A program made the position numbers and the translations under genes. Positions 15,708 to 34,072 of a stretch of DNA of 64,000 bases are shown piece by piece; positions within the stretch are counted from its first letter, which is position 1, and each line of letters begins with the position of its first letter. The notes below the pieces were generated by a model that saw only the letters and a program-made list of their open reading frames with translations, was not told the origin of the DNA and did no database searches. Source of the DNA: the human T2T-CHM13v2.0 reference genome, Homo sapiens; NCBI RefSeq assembly GCF_009914755.1, contig NC_060925.1. One strand, 5' to 3'.

Positions 15708-17477
15708 ATCTCACTGGTCCTCTTAAAGTAATGAAAACAATCTGAATTTATCAGTAACTTTTGATAGAGTTTTGCCCCTAGCATTAAAAGAATAAATGAA
15801 CCCTTGGATTTCTAAGGTAAAACAAACGTTGTTCGAGCAACAGGATACATTCAAAGATTTCAGTTTAGGAAGAGTGATGGAAGAAATGATGCTGTCTAAC
15901 CCAGTGCTTTTAAACGTTGTCAAACATTCCAGAATGATTCTTCATCTGAACCTTTCCTTTCCTTCTGTTATCTCCTTCTGAGTCACTCCCTTGGGGTTGG
16001 AATAAGAATACAATTTAACATATTGTTCAAATAATCATAGGAGGAGAGAGACAGAACATTCTGTGCCCTTCCGCCCTTTTTGGACCCTAAGGTGTTAAAC
16101 TGTGTTAGCATCTTTTTAACCCATAAGCATCATTGACATGGCACTTCTCAATCTGTTTTTCCTTTACTTCACAGAAAAGACTCTTCTCTTAGCAAGGGCC
16201 AAATGCTAGCGCAAAATAAACTTATTTAATTGGACTTGTCCTTTTATTTCCAAGACTGATTTAACTGGGGTAGCCTAGGCTGACACACAAACAAAATTGA
16301 AACAATTCAAACCTGGAAACAAATTGCACCCATTTGCTGAACTTGAGTACTACATTTTAGCTGCACTTCAGATAAATTTAAAGGATTTTCAAAGTACTTT
16401 ACCACTTCAAATTGGACGTGAATGTGTAGCTATTTTTATAAAACTACTGAGTAAATTTGGACATTAAAATATTCTCCAAAACATCCTAAAGTGAAGTAAT
16501 ACTCATATGGCGGAGTTTCTGTTCCTTGAAAAGTGAAGCCAGTGTTTTTACCTTGGATATATGGAATATCTCTAGGAGGAATGGAAGTTTTGTTTTTGCT
16601 TTTTAAAGAAATTACCACCTTTAATACAGTGACAAATGGCATGCTATGAGGGAAGAATAAGGGGTGGAAAAATCAAGGGAAAGAGCCATGTCGGAACTCC
16701 TTCAGGCTAGCCACAGTAGGATGGCGTTCCCCCAGGCCACAGTCAGCACATTTCAACAGAACCACACTCTGGTCTGAGTTTGGTGGCTTTCGTTTTCATT
16801 TGTAATTCTAATCACATTTTTATTTGTTCCACACTTTCTTCTTGGCACCTCCTAATTATTGACACAAAGGACAAATTGGTCAAACTTCTGGCTAGAATTG
16901 GGATGCCTCGTACCTGACAGGACTTTGTGTTTATCTTTTACTGCCTAGAGTATAAGATTCTACCAGAAATTGGGCAAGTGAGATGTTTAAGATGCAAAGG
17001 GTGGAGATGGAAATTTCCAACCCTTGAAATGCACAAGAGAACAAAATACATGTATTCTTGCACTTTTAGTTTAGGCTCATTTATTTTTCACAGTACATTT
17101 TACCCATGTGAAATATGAGGGGAAAATTACTTTACTTTGGATCTCTGTAAATTTCAAACTTCTTGAGCTGTAATACAGAGAAAATTTGACAACTGGCCCA
17201 GATGGTTAACTGTCTATTAATCTGATTTTGCTCTCCATGTTGAAACAAACTCAACAAGCTTGTCAGGGAACCAACAGCCTCCTCAGTTTGCCTCCACTTT
17301 CTCTCTACAGAGTTCCCTTCTCACCTGTCCAACTGTTTGAAACCTTTTCCATCTACCCTAACACTCCAAATTCTAGACATCAGTTTTTTTCTGTCTCCCT
17401 AGCCAGAGTGTGGATAAAAGGCTTATCTCCTACATCTTGTTTTAAGGGGTCTGACCACATGCTCACTTAAAGGATAA

Positions 17478-17711
<234 letters not shown>

Positions 17712-18332
17712 TAAGAGACAGGGTTTTACCATGTTGGTCAGGCTGGTCTCAAATTCCTGACCTTGTGATCCACCCACCTCGGCCTCCCAAAGTGCTGGGA
17801 TTACAGGCCTGAGCCACCGCGCCCAGCCGCATTTTTAAATTAAACTCAGGAAGTTATTCAATACTTGTATCTAGAGCATGTGCCTCCAGGTTCATTGAGC
17901 CAATACCTGGGTAAATGAGAGAAAAGTTGCATTTTTAAGTTAGAGAAGAGTGGTTTTTGTTATATGAAGGTTTTTCAACTCTATTAGAAAAGCTTCTGCG
18001 CGGAGGTCAGAATTTCTATGAACTGTTAAATTTCCCTCACAAAGTAAATCTGTCTCCCCAAGAAGTATAGAAATAGGTTACCCCGAGGATCAGGCCCACA
18101 TGATTCATAGCTACTTATAGGATCTGAGCCCACACGGTCAAGCAACACGGAGTGCATGGCAGTCCTTTGTTGTTTACAATGGTGATCGTGGGCAAAGTAA
18201 ACAGCTGGTATGAATCCTTTAGGACAGCTGAGAGGCCCATAGACAATCACACAATTCAATTATTTTCATTTTGTGAGAAATCTGTTGGTATGGGAGAGGG
18301 AAGGCTGGAAAAACTCTCAAAACTGGCTTGAT

Positions 18333-18824
<492 letters not shown>

Positions 18825-19261
18825 TCATTTATTCTTATGTAGAATAAAAGAATTATTAAATTACAATGATAATATATCACATTATAGATGAATATCTGCA
18901 TAACTCAGTGGTTTTGCATAATGACCAAAATAATGTTGGCAAAGTTAGAAAAGTTTTCCTGGAGTTATTCATGGATTCATGGCTGTGCACAAAGCCAGCC
19001 TGACTCTGGAGGGCTTTCTCTGCTTAGTTGCCCTTCCCCTCGCCACCATCCCCTTCATCTGAAAAAATTACTCTTGTTCCCCAATAAAATCTGTATTGTT
19101 ATTTGTTAGATTATACAAACAGTGTATGCACGGCAAAAAATAAAATAAACAACACATAAATGAAACAAAAGATATAAATGATTTCAAACTCTGTCATGTT
19201 TAGATAACTCTCATTCATTTGGGACCCATTATTTCATAAAAATCTTTATGCATATGTATAA

Positions 19262-19531
<270 letters not shown>

Positions 19532-19974
19532 TGATCTGCCCTCCTCGGCCTCTCAAAGTGCTGAGATTACAGGCGTGAGCCACCGTGCCTGGCCTAAATA
19601 TATATATTTATGTAACTGTTGTAGAATAGATTATTAATCAGAAATATTAACCCCCTCCCCTACCCCCACATCCATGAGTAGAATGTACTTCCCTATCCCT
19701 TGACTTTGTCACTTGCTTTGGCCAATGAAGGAGGAAGTTGACAATGTGCTAGTTTCATAGATGTCCCTCACTTGACATCTTGAGTTTCTGCCATTCCATG
19801 AGAAGAGCCCACAAGACAGCCTGCTAATACCAGGAAGAGGATGAGAGCCACATCCAGCGAAGCCTTCCCTGTAGGCCCAGCCCCACTTCCACTGATGTGG
19901 AAGCTAAATAAATATATGTTGCTCTATGGCACTGAGAGTTTGCAAATCTTTGTGACATAATAGCTAGGCAATGA

Positions 19975-20217
<243 letters not shown>

Positions 20218-20767
20218 TGATCCATCTGCCTCAGCCTCCCAAAGTGCTGGGATTACAGGCGTGAGCCACCATGCCCAGCTGAAAAACTTTTTTAAAATAA
20301 TAAATTACATTATATTATCCACGCATACATGGTCATGTTGCATGATACCGTATTTTTGTAAGTTTTTGTGGTTGATTTTTGTTTCCTTGCTACATCTTTC
20401 CCATCCTCCTTACCATAACCTCCCCTCCAATACCCATGTAGCCAATGTTACCAATCTAGATTATATCTTTCCATACCTTTATCCATATAGCTATACACAA
20501 ACATAGAAATATCTACATGAAGGAAGGTCGTCCTAGTTTGTTTTATGAAAACGGAATAATATTATAATTATGATGTCATGGGAGAGAAGTATGGTCAGAT
20601 ACCTATACATATATACATGCATATATGTATCTATATATGATACACATGCATATGTATACACACATACATATATACATACATACATATGACAGAGGGATGT
20701 AGACCTCTGTCAGGATGAGAAAAGGCTTCCCTGAGAGACTGATACTTAAGCTGAGCCATAAGGATGG

Positions 20768-21468
<701 letters not shown>

Positions 21469-21897
21469 GATGAATAGGAGTTTTCCATTACAGGGAGATA
21501 AGGAAAAGGGTACTTACACATTGCTGGTGGAAATGGACATTTTAACAGCCTTTTTGGATAGCAATTTGGCAATAGCTATGAAAAATTTGTTTCCAGTTAT
21601 TTTGCCACTACAATGCAATTTAAAAAACACTTACATATTTATCCTCACTTACTGAATGGGCTTTTATTTCTATGAACAGATTCCCAAGAGTGAAACTGCT
21701 GGCATGAGATCTTGTTAAAAAATGCTTTTCTTGTGGGTTTCCCCAGAGTCCTGTTGTCCCTACAATTATACTATAAAACTGCTGATCTCAGAATATTTCA
21801 TTTCCTAAAGTTCAAGTTGTATATCAAGCATAAAAATCAGTTCGAAAAATTGCTCTCAACAAAATAAGAGGTAGCAAAAGTCTGTAACTATGCAGAT

Positions 21898-22444
21898 TAT
21901 ATTAGTTTTCTATCGCTGCATAAAAATTACACAAACTTAGGGCTTAAACAACACACATTTATTATTTCACAGTTTCTGCAAGTCTGGAGTCCAGGAAGGG
22001 CTTAGCTAGGTTCTCCTCAAGGCTGCAGTCGAGGTGTTAGTTGAGCTGTGTGCTCATCTGGATGCTCAACTAGGGGAAAATCTACTTCCAAACTCATTCA
22101 AATGGTTGGCAGAATTCATTTCTTTGCAGTTGGAAGGCTGAGGGACCAGCTTCTTGCTGGCTGGAGGCTGGAGGTCATCTGCATGACCTTATCATATAGG
22201 TTTCCCCAATATTGCCAATGACTTCATCAAGCCAACAAGGAGAGTCTGTAAAGTGAGTCTGTTAGCAAGACAGAGACTTACATAACATAATCACAGAAGC
22301 GACACCGCGTCAACTTTGTCATATTCTATTGGTTAAAAGTAAGTCACAAGTCCTGTCTATGTTCATGGGAAGGGGATTACACAAAGGCATGAACACTAGA
22401 AGGCAGAAATCATAAGGGCCACCTTACAGTCTGTCTGCCACACA
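21898..22444 (-). mobile_element. MLT1D-like MaLR LTR
   Basis: TATATTAGTTTTCTATCGCTGCATAA...GGCTTAAACAACACACATTTATTATTTCACAGTTTCTG...TCTGTCTGCCACA. Confidence 0.7.
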
Positions 22445-22472
22445 GATTTGAAACCTTCCTTGTCTGTGGCTA

Positions 22473-22955
<483 letters not shown>

Positions 22956-23809
22956 TCAGGAGGCTGAGGCAGGAGAATCACTTGAACCTGGGAGGCAGAG
23001 GTTGCAGTGAGCCGAGATCATGCCACTGCACTATAGCCTGGGCAACAGAGAGATACTCTGTCTAAAAAAAAAAAAAGAAAGAAAGAAAAGAAAAGAAAAA
23101 AAGAAATCTTCCTTGTCTGTGAATGAAAATACGTAATTTTTTTTTGGTATTCCACTAATCAAATATATCAATGTGCCTGATTTCTCAAAACAAGTCAGTA
23201 AAGATACCTGATGTTCCTTGCTTCCTTCCTTGGCTTTCTATGGCTTGATGTTTCTTTCACTTTATTACAATTAAATTGAAGTCAACAAACATTTGTGAAT
23301 ACCTGCTAAGTATAAGTCTTTTCGGAGGTATTGAGAGGCCTAATCACTTCCATTTTTTAAGACTACCGTTATACTATAAAATCTGAAGAAATGAGTAATA
23401 ATGGTTACAACATTGCTGTATATTTTAAACGGAAAGTGTAGAACTGAAAAAATGTAACATCCAAAATTAAAAAGTCACTGGATGAACTTTATAGCAGAAC
23501 AAACATAAGAGGGAAAGTCAGTTAATAGAACAATAAAAGTTATCCAATCTGAAAAACAAATGAAACATTTTTTTAAAAAACTAACAGAGCCTGAGGAAGC
23601 TGAAGGACAATATCAAGGGGGTTGATATAGGGGCAACTGGAGCCCCATAAAGAAAGAAAAGAGAAAATGCAGTAGAAAAGAAATGCATGAGGAAATGATA
23701 GCAACAAAACTCCCCAAATTTGGTGAAAGACAAATTGATAGATTCAAGAAACCCTAATCAGGATAAATACAAGGAAAACCACATCTAGACATATCCTAGA
23801 CAGACTGCT

Positions 23810-24015
23810 TGTGATAGACAGTTTTGACATGGCCCCCACTGACCTCAACCTCCTGGTGCTCATGCCTTTGTATAATCCCCTTCCCTCAAGTGTGAGCTGA
23901 ACCTAGTGACTTGCTTTTAATGAATAGAATACAACAAAACTAATGGGATGTCACTTCCATGATTAGGTTACAAAAACTGTGACTTCCATTTTGGTAGGGT
24001 GCTCTCTCTCTGTGT

Positions 24016-24059
<44 letters not shown>

Positions 24060-24409
24060 ATGAAGCAACCTGCCATGTTGTGAGATGCTGTATGGAGGGG
24101 ACCATGTGTCAAGGAACTAAGGGAAGTCTCTGGCCAATAGCTCATGAAAAACTGACATGTCTCTGGCCAACAGCCACAAGGAACGGAATGCTGGCAACCA
24201 CCACGTGAATGAACTCTGTGAAAATTCTTCACAGTCAAGCCTGAGAAGACCATAGCCTTGTGAGGAGACTCGAAGCCAAAGCAGAGGACCAAGAACCCTT
24301 AGCTACACCCAGATTCCCAATCCACAGAAATTATGAGATAATAAGTGTCTATTGTTTTACCAGCTAAGTTTTGGAACAATTTGTTACACAGCAATAAATA
24401 ACCAATACA
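23810..24409 (+). mobile_element. MLT1E/F-type MaLR solo LTR with an internal (TG)n microsatellite
   Basis: TG...CA termini, 5-bp TSD CTGCT (23805-23809 and 24410-24414), and the MaLR 3' motif GCTAAGTTTTGGAACAATTTGTTACACAGCAATA. Confidence 0.85.
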
Positions 24410-24711
24410 CTGCTGAAAACCAAAAATTAACAGGAAACTGTGAAAGTAGCCAGGAAAAAAACCAATATATTACATTCCAGGGGGAACATTATTCAGTGGC
24501 ATTGGACTTTTTATCAGAAGCTGTGGGGGCCAGGAGGCAGTGAATTATATTTTTCAAGTGCTTGAAGAATTAAACTGTCATTTCAGCATTCTATATCCAG
24601 CCAAAATATCCTATGAAAATGAAAACAAACAACAAAAAAACTAAATAAGTGTTTAAATAAAGGAAAACTAAGAGACTTCATTACCACCAGATGTGCATTA
24701 CAAGAAATGCT

Positions 24712-25949
24712 GGACCGGACAACTCATGGCGGCGGTGGCGGCAGCTGCTTGGGCGCGGTGCGGTGGTGACTGAGCTACAAGCCTGGCGGCGGGTGTGCGC
24801 CGAGCCCCGGCCCAGCGCGGCCCCCGCGTGCCTCCCAGGCTCCGCACCCCCGATGCTGCGCGGGTGCTGAGCCCGCTCCGGCCGGGACGATGGTGAAGTA
24901 TTTCCTGGGCCAGAGCGTGCAACGGAGCTCCTGGGACCAAGTGTTCGCCGCCTTCTGGCAGCGGTACCCGAATCCCTATAGCAAACATGTCTTGACGGAA
25001 GACGTAGTACACCGGGAGGTAACCCCTGACCAGAAACTGCTGTCCGGGCGACTCCTGACCAAGACCAACAGGACGCCCCGCTGGGCCGAGCGACTGTTTC
25101 CTGCCAATGTTGATCACTCGGTGTACATCCTGGAGGACTCTATTGTGGACCCACAGAATCAGACCATGACCACCTTCACCTGGAACATCAACCATGCCCG
25201 GCTGATGGTGGTGGAGGAACGATGTGTTTACTGTGTGAACTCTGACAACAGTGGCCGGACCGAAATCCGCCGGGAAGCCTGGGTCTCCTCTAGCTTATTT
25301 GGTGTCTCCAGAGCTGTCCAGGAATTTGGTCTTGCCTGGTTCAAAAGCAATGTGACCAAGACTATGAAGGGTTTTGAATATATCTTGGCAAAGCTGCAAG
25401 GCGAGGCCCCTTCCAAAACACTTGTTGAGACAGCCAAGGAAGCCAAGGAGAAGGCAAAGGAGACAGCACTGGCAGCTACAGAGAAGGCCAAGGACCTCGC
25501 CAGCAAGGCAGCCACCAAGAAGCAGCAGCAGCAGCAACAGTTTGTGTAGCCAGCCCACCACCACCACAGCACCCCAGACAGCTAGGCTTAGCCCCTCTGC
25601 CCTCCCTCCATTGTACTTGATCATTAAAAATCAACTTCCAGCCCTATCTACTGTCTGGGTGGTGGGTTATGGGGATGCAGTTTGGCATCTGCAGTACACC
25701 AAGCACATGATTCATGTCTGAGCCAGGTCTGCTTATTCTCCCATTAGGCAGCTGAGGACCGAGGCACAGAGGTGCGGTGACTTGCCCGGGGTTCCAGGTA
25801 GCCTCCAGGTTAACTGGCAGTAAGTGCTAGACTGTAAGCCCGACGAGGGCAGGGCTTTTGGTTTTGTTCTCTGATGTGTCTCAGTATCTAGCACATAATA
25901 GACACTCAATAAATAATTGTTGAATTCAGTCAGCACCCCCCCCAAAAAA
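24712..25949 (+). pseudogene. PRELID1P: Processed retrocopy of PRELID1 mRNA (5' UTR, intronless CDS, long 3' UTR, tail)
   Basis: Intronless, with a GC-rich 5' UTR, AATAAA at 25908-25913, a C8+A tail and TSD AAGAAATGCT at 24702-24711 and 25950-25959. The protein is recognisably PRELID1. The paralogue number cannot be determined from sequence alone. Confidence 0.95.
24890..25549 (+). CDS. Intact 219-aa PRELID1-like ORF (PRELI/MSF1 lipid-transfer domain plus LEA-like C-terminus) of the retrocopy; expression unknown
   Basis: MVKYFLGQSV...RYPNPYSKHVLTED...AKEAKEKAKE...KQQQQQQFV, with the same length as human PRELID1, a good Kozak context (ACGATGG) and no stop or frameshift. Confidence 0.55.
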   Translation: MVKYFLGQSVQRSSWDQVFAAFWQRYPNPYSKHVLTEDVVHREVTPDQKLLSGRLLTKTNRTPRWAERLFPANVDHSVYILEDSIVDPQNQTMTTFTWNINHARLMVVEERCVYCVNSDNSGRTEIRREAWVSSSLFGVSRAVQEFGLAWFKSNVTKTMKGFEYILAKLQGEAPSKTLVETAKEAKEKAKETALAATEKAKDLASKAATKKQQQQQQFV

Positions 25950-28144
25950 AAGAAATGCTAGAGGGAGTTCAGCAGATTGACAGAAATGACACCAAAGGAA
26001 AACTCGCATCTTTAGGAATGAATTTATTTATTAATTTATTTAGCGACAGGGTCTCGCTGTGTCACTCAGGCTGGAGTATAGTGGCATGATCGTGGCTCAC
26101 TGCAACCTCTGCCTCCCAGGCTCAAGCGATCCTCCCACCTCAGCCTCCAAGTAGCTGGGACCACAGGAGCATGCCACCACACCTGGGCAAATTTATTCGT
26201 ATTTTTAGTAGAGACAAGATTTCGCCATGTTGCCCAGGGTGGTCTCAAACTCCTGGGCTCAAGTGACCCGCCCACCTTGACCTCCCAAAGTGCTGAAATT
26301 ATAGGCATAAACCACTGTGCCCGGCCTAGGAATGATTTTAAATCATCAGGAATGGTAAATATCTGAACACATTACAATTTTTCCTCTTAATTTATTTGGA
26401 ATACATATAGATGTTTAAGTTATAGCATTTATAGCATTATTTTTTGAAGTTTATAATGTATGTAGATGCGTTACATATGATAACTATAGCACAAAATGGC
26501 AAGTAGAGTGTTAAATGGACCTATACAAATGAAGTAGGTCCTATACTAACAGAAAATAAACAAAAAAAAAAGCAGACCTAAATCAAATCATGTTAATTAT
26601 TATATTAAATGTTACTGGATTATGCACTGAAAAAAGGGTCGGGGGAGGAATTATAAGAATAGTTTTTTTTTTTTTTTTTTTTTGAGACAGAGTCTCGTTC
26701 TGTTGCCCAGGCTGAAGTGCAGTGGTGCAATCTCGGCTCACTGCAACCTCTGCCCTCCCAGGTTCAAGCAATTCTCCTTCCCCAGCCTCCCGAGTAGCTG
26801 AGACTGCAGGTGCATGCCACCACGTCCAGCTAATTTTTGTATTTTTAGTGGAGACAGGGTTTCGCCATGTTGACCAGGCTGGTCTCGAACTCCTGACCTC
26901 AGGTGATCTGCCTGCCTCAGCCTCCCAAAGTGCTGAGATTAGAGGCGTGAGCCACCATGCCCAGCTTGAGCCACCCTGCCCAGCTCAGAATAAATTTTAA
27001 AAAGGAAGATTCATCTCAGAAATGTATTTAAAATAATGCTTGTTAACTTTTATCTAGTATTTCCAGGTATTTTTAGCTGAAAGATTTTTATATCTACTAT
27101 TTTTCTGGTATCAGAAATCTTGAAGTCTTCTTTTATTGTGAGATTACTTGGAAGAGGAAATAAAATGACAACAACTGTGTACCAATTCATACCCTAACTT
27201 GTACTCATGGTTGGAGGGTGGCCTTAAACAGTAGAATAGGAGGTTAGAGGCAAATGAGGTCCTGGGCATCTAGATCAGTAGGTAACTTCTAAACAGGGGT
27301 ATGTTGGATCATGTTCTTTGTGGTCTTTGCGTCTTATCTTTTTTCCTCTTGTTTCTCATTTGACCAAAAAAAAATAATAATTAATACCTGTGCACCAGGT
27401 ACTGTGCTATAGCACAGTGGAAAGACAGGAAAGAACAATATAGACATAGTCCCTGACCTTAAAAAGCAGCCCAGTCTGATAAACAAACATTTAAAAATTA
27501 CTCAAATAATTATTTCATAACCATATGACAAGTGTTAAATACAAGTTACCATGAGAGCCAGGTACAGGGCCAGTCAGCTGAATTCCTAAGCCTCATCACC
27601 TGGGTCCACTCAGTTATCTTAGAGAACCAAAAAGAAAACTCAAAAAAACAAAAACAAAAACAAAAAAGCCCAAGTAAGGTAAATACAGGAAAAACCTGAA
27701 GCTAGTTTAAAATAGAGGTCATACAAGTCATGCACTTTATGTAGACATAAAATATTCAAATTAATATTATACTTAATACTTATCTGGTTTCCCTTGGCAA
27801 CCATGCAGGAGTGGCTCAACAGAGAGGAAGAGAAAAAAAAATTGTATCATTCTGGCAGCTTCAAGAAGTTACCATGGAGAAGAGAGATGCCAACAAGAAA
27901 GAAGACATTGTTATGACCAAAACCAGAATAACAGTATGTAATGTGCAAGCTCCCAGCCTTACACACCACACAATTTCAGAGGCATCAGTGAGGGAGAAGA
28001 CAGCACAACTGTGAATCAAGATAACACAGCAGTGATGGCTCAAGCCTGTAATCCTAGCACTTTGGGAGGCCGAGGCGGGCGGATCATCTGAGGTCGGGAG
28101 TTCGAGACCAGCCCGGCCAACATGGCAAAACCCTGTCTCTACTA

Positions 28145-28348
<204 letters not shown>

Positions 28349-28643
28349 TCAGGAAGAACAGGGGTTAAGTTCTACCTGCCTCATCTCCCTGAGGTATGCC
28401 ATTTTTATCACAGACTAGAAGAACATGTATCTGTTTACCTCCATATTCTCAGTGCCTGGAAAAAAATAACATTCAATCAATGAGTCATGTGTAAACACAG
28501 TGATGCCTCAAAAAGTGTTAAAAATTATGACCAATATATTCTAGTGGCAAATGCAGGCGTGTATCAATTGCATTTTGAAAAGTACTGTTATGATAAGCAC
28601 AATCTGAGAGATATGCTACAGAAGACAGGACCAGAGAGACTTA

Positions 28644-28733
28644 TTGGGTTGGTGAAAAGTAACTGTGGTTTTTGCCATTAAAAGTAATTTAAAAGTAATG
28701 ACAAAAACCACAATTACTTTTGCACCAACCTAA
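28644..28733. mobile_element. MADE1 MITE (Hsmar1-derived palindrome)
   Basis: TTGGGTTGGTGAAAAGTAACTGTGGTTTTTGCCATT...AATGACAAAAACCACAATTACTTTTGCACCAACCTAA, flanked by TA at 28642-28643 and 28734-28735. Confidence 0.92.
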
Positions 28734-29420
28734 TACTTCCTTAAGAAGGAAAATGGCCTGATAGAGGCCACTACCCTGATTCACAATGGGTAAAAGGCAA
28801 AGGTTTGGTTCAACATTGTTTACTTAAGAACTGGGCCAGGCGCAGTGGCTCATGCCTGTAATCTTAGGACTTTGGGAGGCCGAGGTGGGCAGATTGCCTG
28901 AGCTCAGGAGTTAGAGGCCAGCCTGGGCAACATAGTGAAGCCCCGTCTCTACTAAAATACAAAAGAAATTACCCGGGCGTAGTGGCGTGTGCCTGTAGTC
29001 CCAGCTAACTTGGGAGGCCGAGGTTGCAGTGAGGGGAGATCGCGCCACTGCAGCCACTGCACTCCAACCTGGGTGACAGAGCAAGGCTCGATCTCAAAAA
29101 AAAAAAAAAGAAAAGAAAAAGAAAAAGAACTATATTTCTCCCTTTCAACTAATCCATTTGGCAGTTTTTGTTTTGTTGCTAATCAGACACCCTTCTGTTG
29201 GGATGGATGTAGTGGAAGAGATAGATACACAATGATCAGTTGTATGATTATCCTGCAAGTGAACAGGGCAAAAGAAATGCTTTAAGAATTACAAAAGCCA
29301 GCTGGGCCCAGTGGCTCACTCCTGTCATCCCAGCACTTTGGGAGGCCAAGGCGGGTGGATCACCTGAGGTCAGGAGTTCGAGATCAGCCTGACCAATATG
29401 ATGAAACCCCATCTCTACTA

Positions 29421-29579
<159 letters not shown>

Positions 29580-29841
29580 TCAAAAAAAAAAAACTACAAA
29601 AGCCATCAACTATTTGGTGTAACTAGAACATGTGAACAATTTAAGAGAGCCTAGTAAGTAGCAATTGGAAATGGAATGGGTCTTTTAATATTAAAAGGCT
29701 ATATAGGCTTTAGACTTTCACTTTTTAAGTCTAAAGTTAAGCTTTTTGGCCTGGCGCAGTGGCTCACGCCTGTAATCCCAGCACTTTGGGAGGCTGAGGC
29801 GGGCAGATCATGAGGTCAGGAGATCGAGGTCATCCTGGCTA

Positions 29842-32790
<2,949 letters not shown>

Positions 32791-32896
32791 TCATAAAATA
32801 ACTTTTTTTTCCTTTTTAGAGGGAAAGAGATGGGGTTGTCACTCTTTTGCCTAGGCTGGAGTACAGTGGCATCATCATAGCCCACAGCAGTCTTGA

Positions 32897-33112
<216 letters not shown>

Positions 33113-33264
33113 TAAAAAACTATGAAAGTTTAGTACTAATAAGCTGTTGGTGAAAAAACAACTAAAGGATTTTCTTTGGCAAAATTTAAAGGAACCCAGA
33201 AAGAAGTGGTGGGAGTAAATATATTGGTAAATGTTTTGGTAACGCTAAACAGATATGGACTATA

Positions 33265-33390
33265 AGGGAAAAAAGGAAAGAAGGAAGGGAGGAATGGAGG
33301 GAGAGAGAGAGAAAAGAAAGGAAAACAAAAGAAAACAAAGGAAAGAAGGAGGGAAAGAAGAAGAGAGGGAGGGAGAAAGGGAGAGAGTAG
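33265..33390. repeat. GA-rich low-complexity polypurine tract
   Basis: Almost pure A/G on the + strand (GGAA, GA and GAAA units). Confidence 0.85.
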
Positions 33391-33742
33391 CAATAATAAT
33401 AAATCACTAATTTGAGAAAGTTTAAAAACAAGCTAGAGGCAACATGAAAATGGGGACAGTGTTGTATCTAAAGTTATAGCATTCAAGTTATATTTTTCTC
33501 TATGCTTTTTGTCTTTTCAACATTTTCTACTCTGGTGTGTGCATTATTTTTGTAATCGGGATAAGCTATAAATGCTGGGGGTATTGGTTTTCATTTTTGT
33601 TAATAAGATTCTACTTCTGTAGAATGATTAACTATAAGGTCCAAACATATGTTCTATAGATCCATGATCATAGATAATACAATTAAGATTCAAGAAGTTA
33701 ATAAACTTGTTAAGATTGCACACTGAGCATAGGGTGGGCTAG

Positions 33743-34072
<330 letters not shown>

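Larger units (their letters stand above)
23430..26620 (+). mobile_element. Old L1 ORF1-region fragment hosting an MLT1 LTR, the PRELID1 retrocopy and an Alu
   Basis: Removing the retrocopy and one TSD gives ...TTCATTACCACCAGATGTGCATTACAAGAAATGCTAGAGGGAGTT, which reads FITTRCALQEMLEGV and resembles the L1 ORF1p C-terminus. Confidence 0.7.

Noticed and set aside
16436-16642. Possible minus-strand micro-exon (CCTAG/AGATATTCCATATATCCAAG/GTAAAA) and ORF
   Set aside because: Splice signals are weak and the peptide is unrecognisable, so it cannot be distinguished from chance.
24698-25195. 165-aa minus-strand ORF, plus 25228-25572, 25295-25624 and 25374-25721
   Set aside because: Shadow ORFs on the antisense strand or alternative frames of the GC-rich PRELID1 copy, with no recognisable domain.
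24890-25549. The functional parent PRELID1 gene
   Set aside because: The parent is multi-exon. This copy is intronless, tailed, TSD-flanked, embedded in L1 and carries amino-acid differences.
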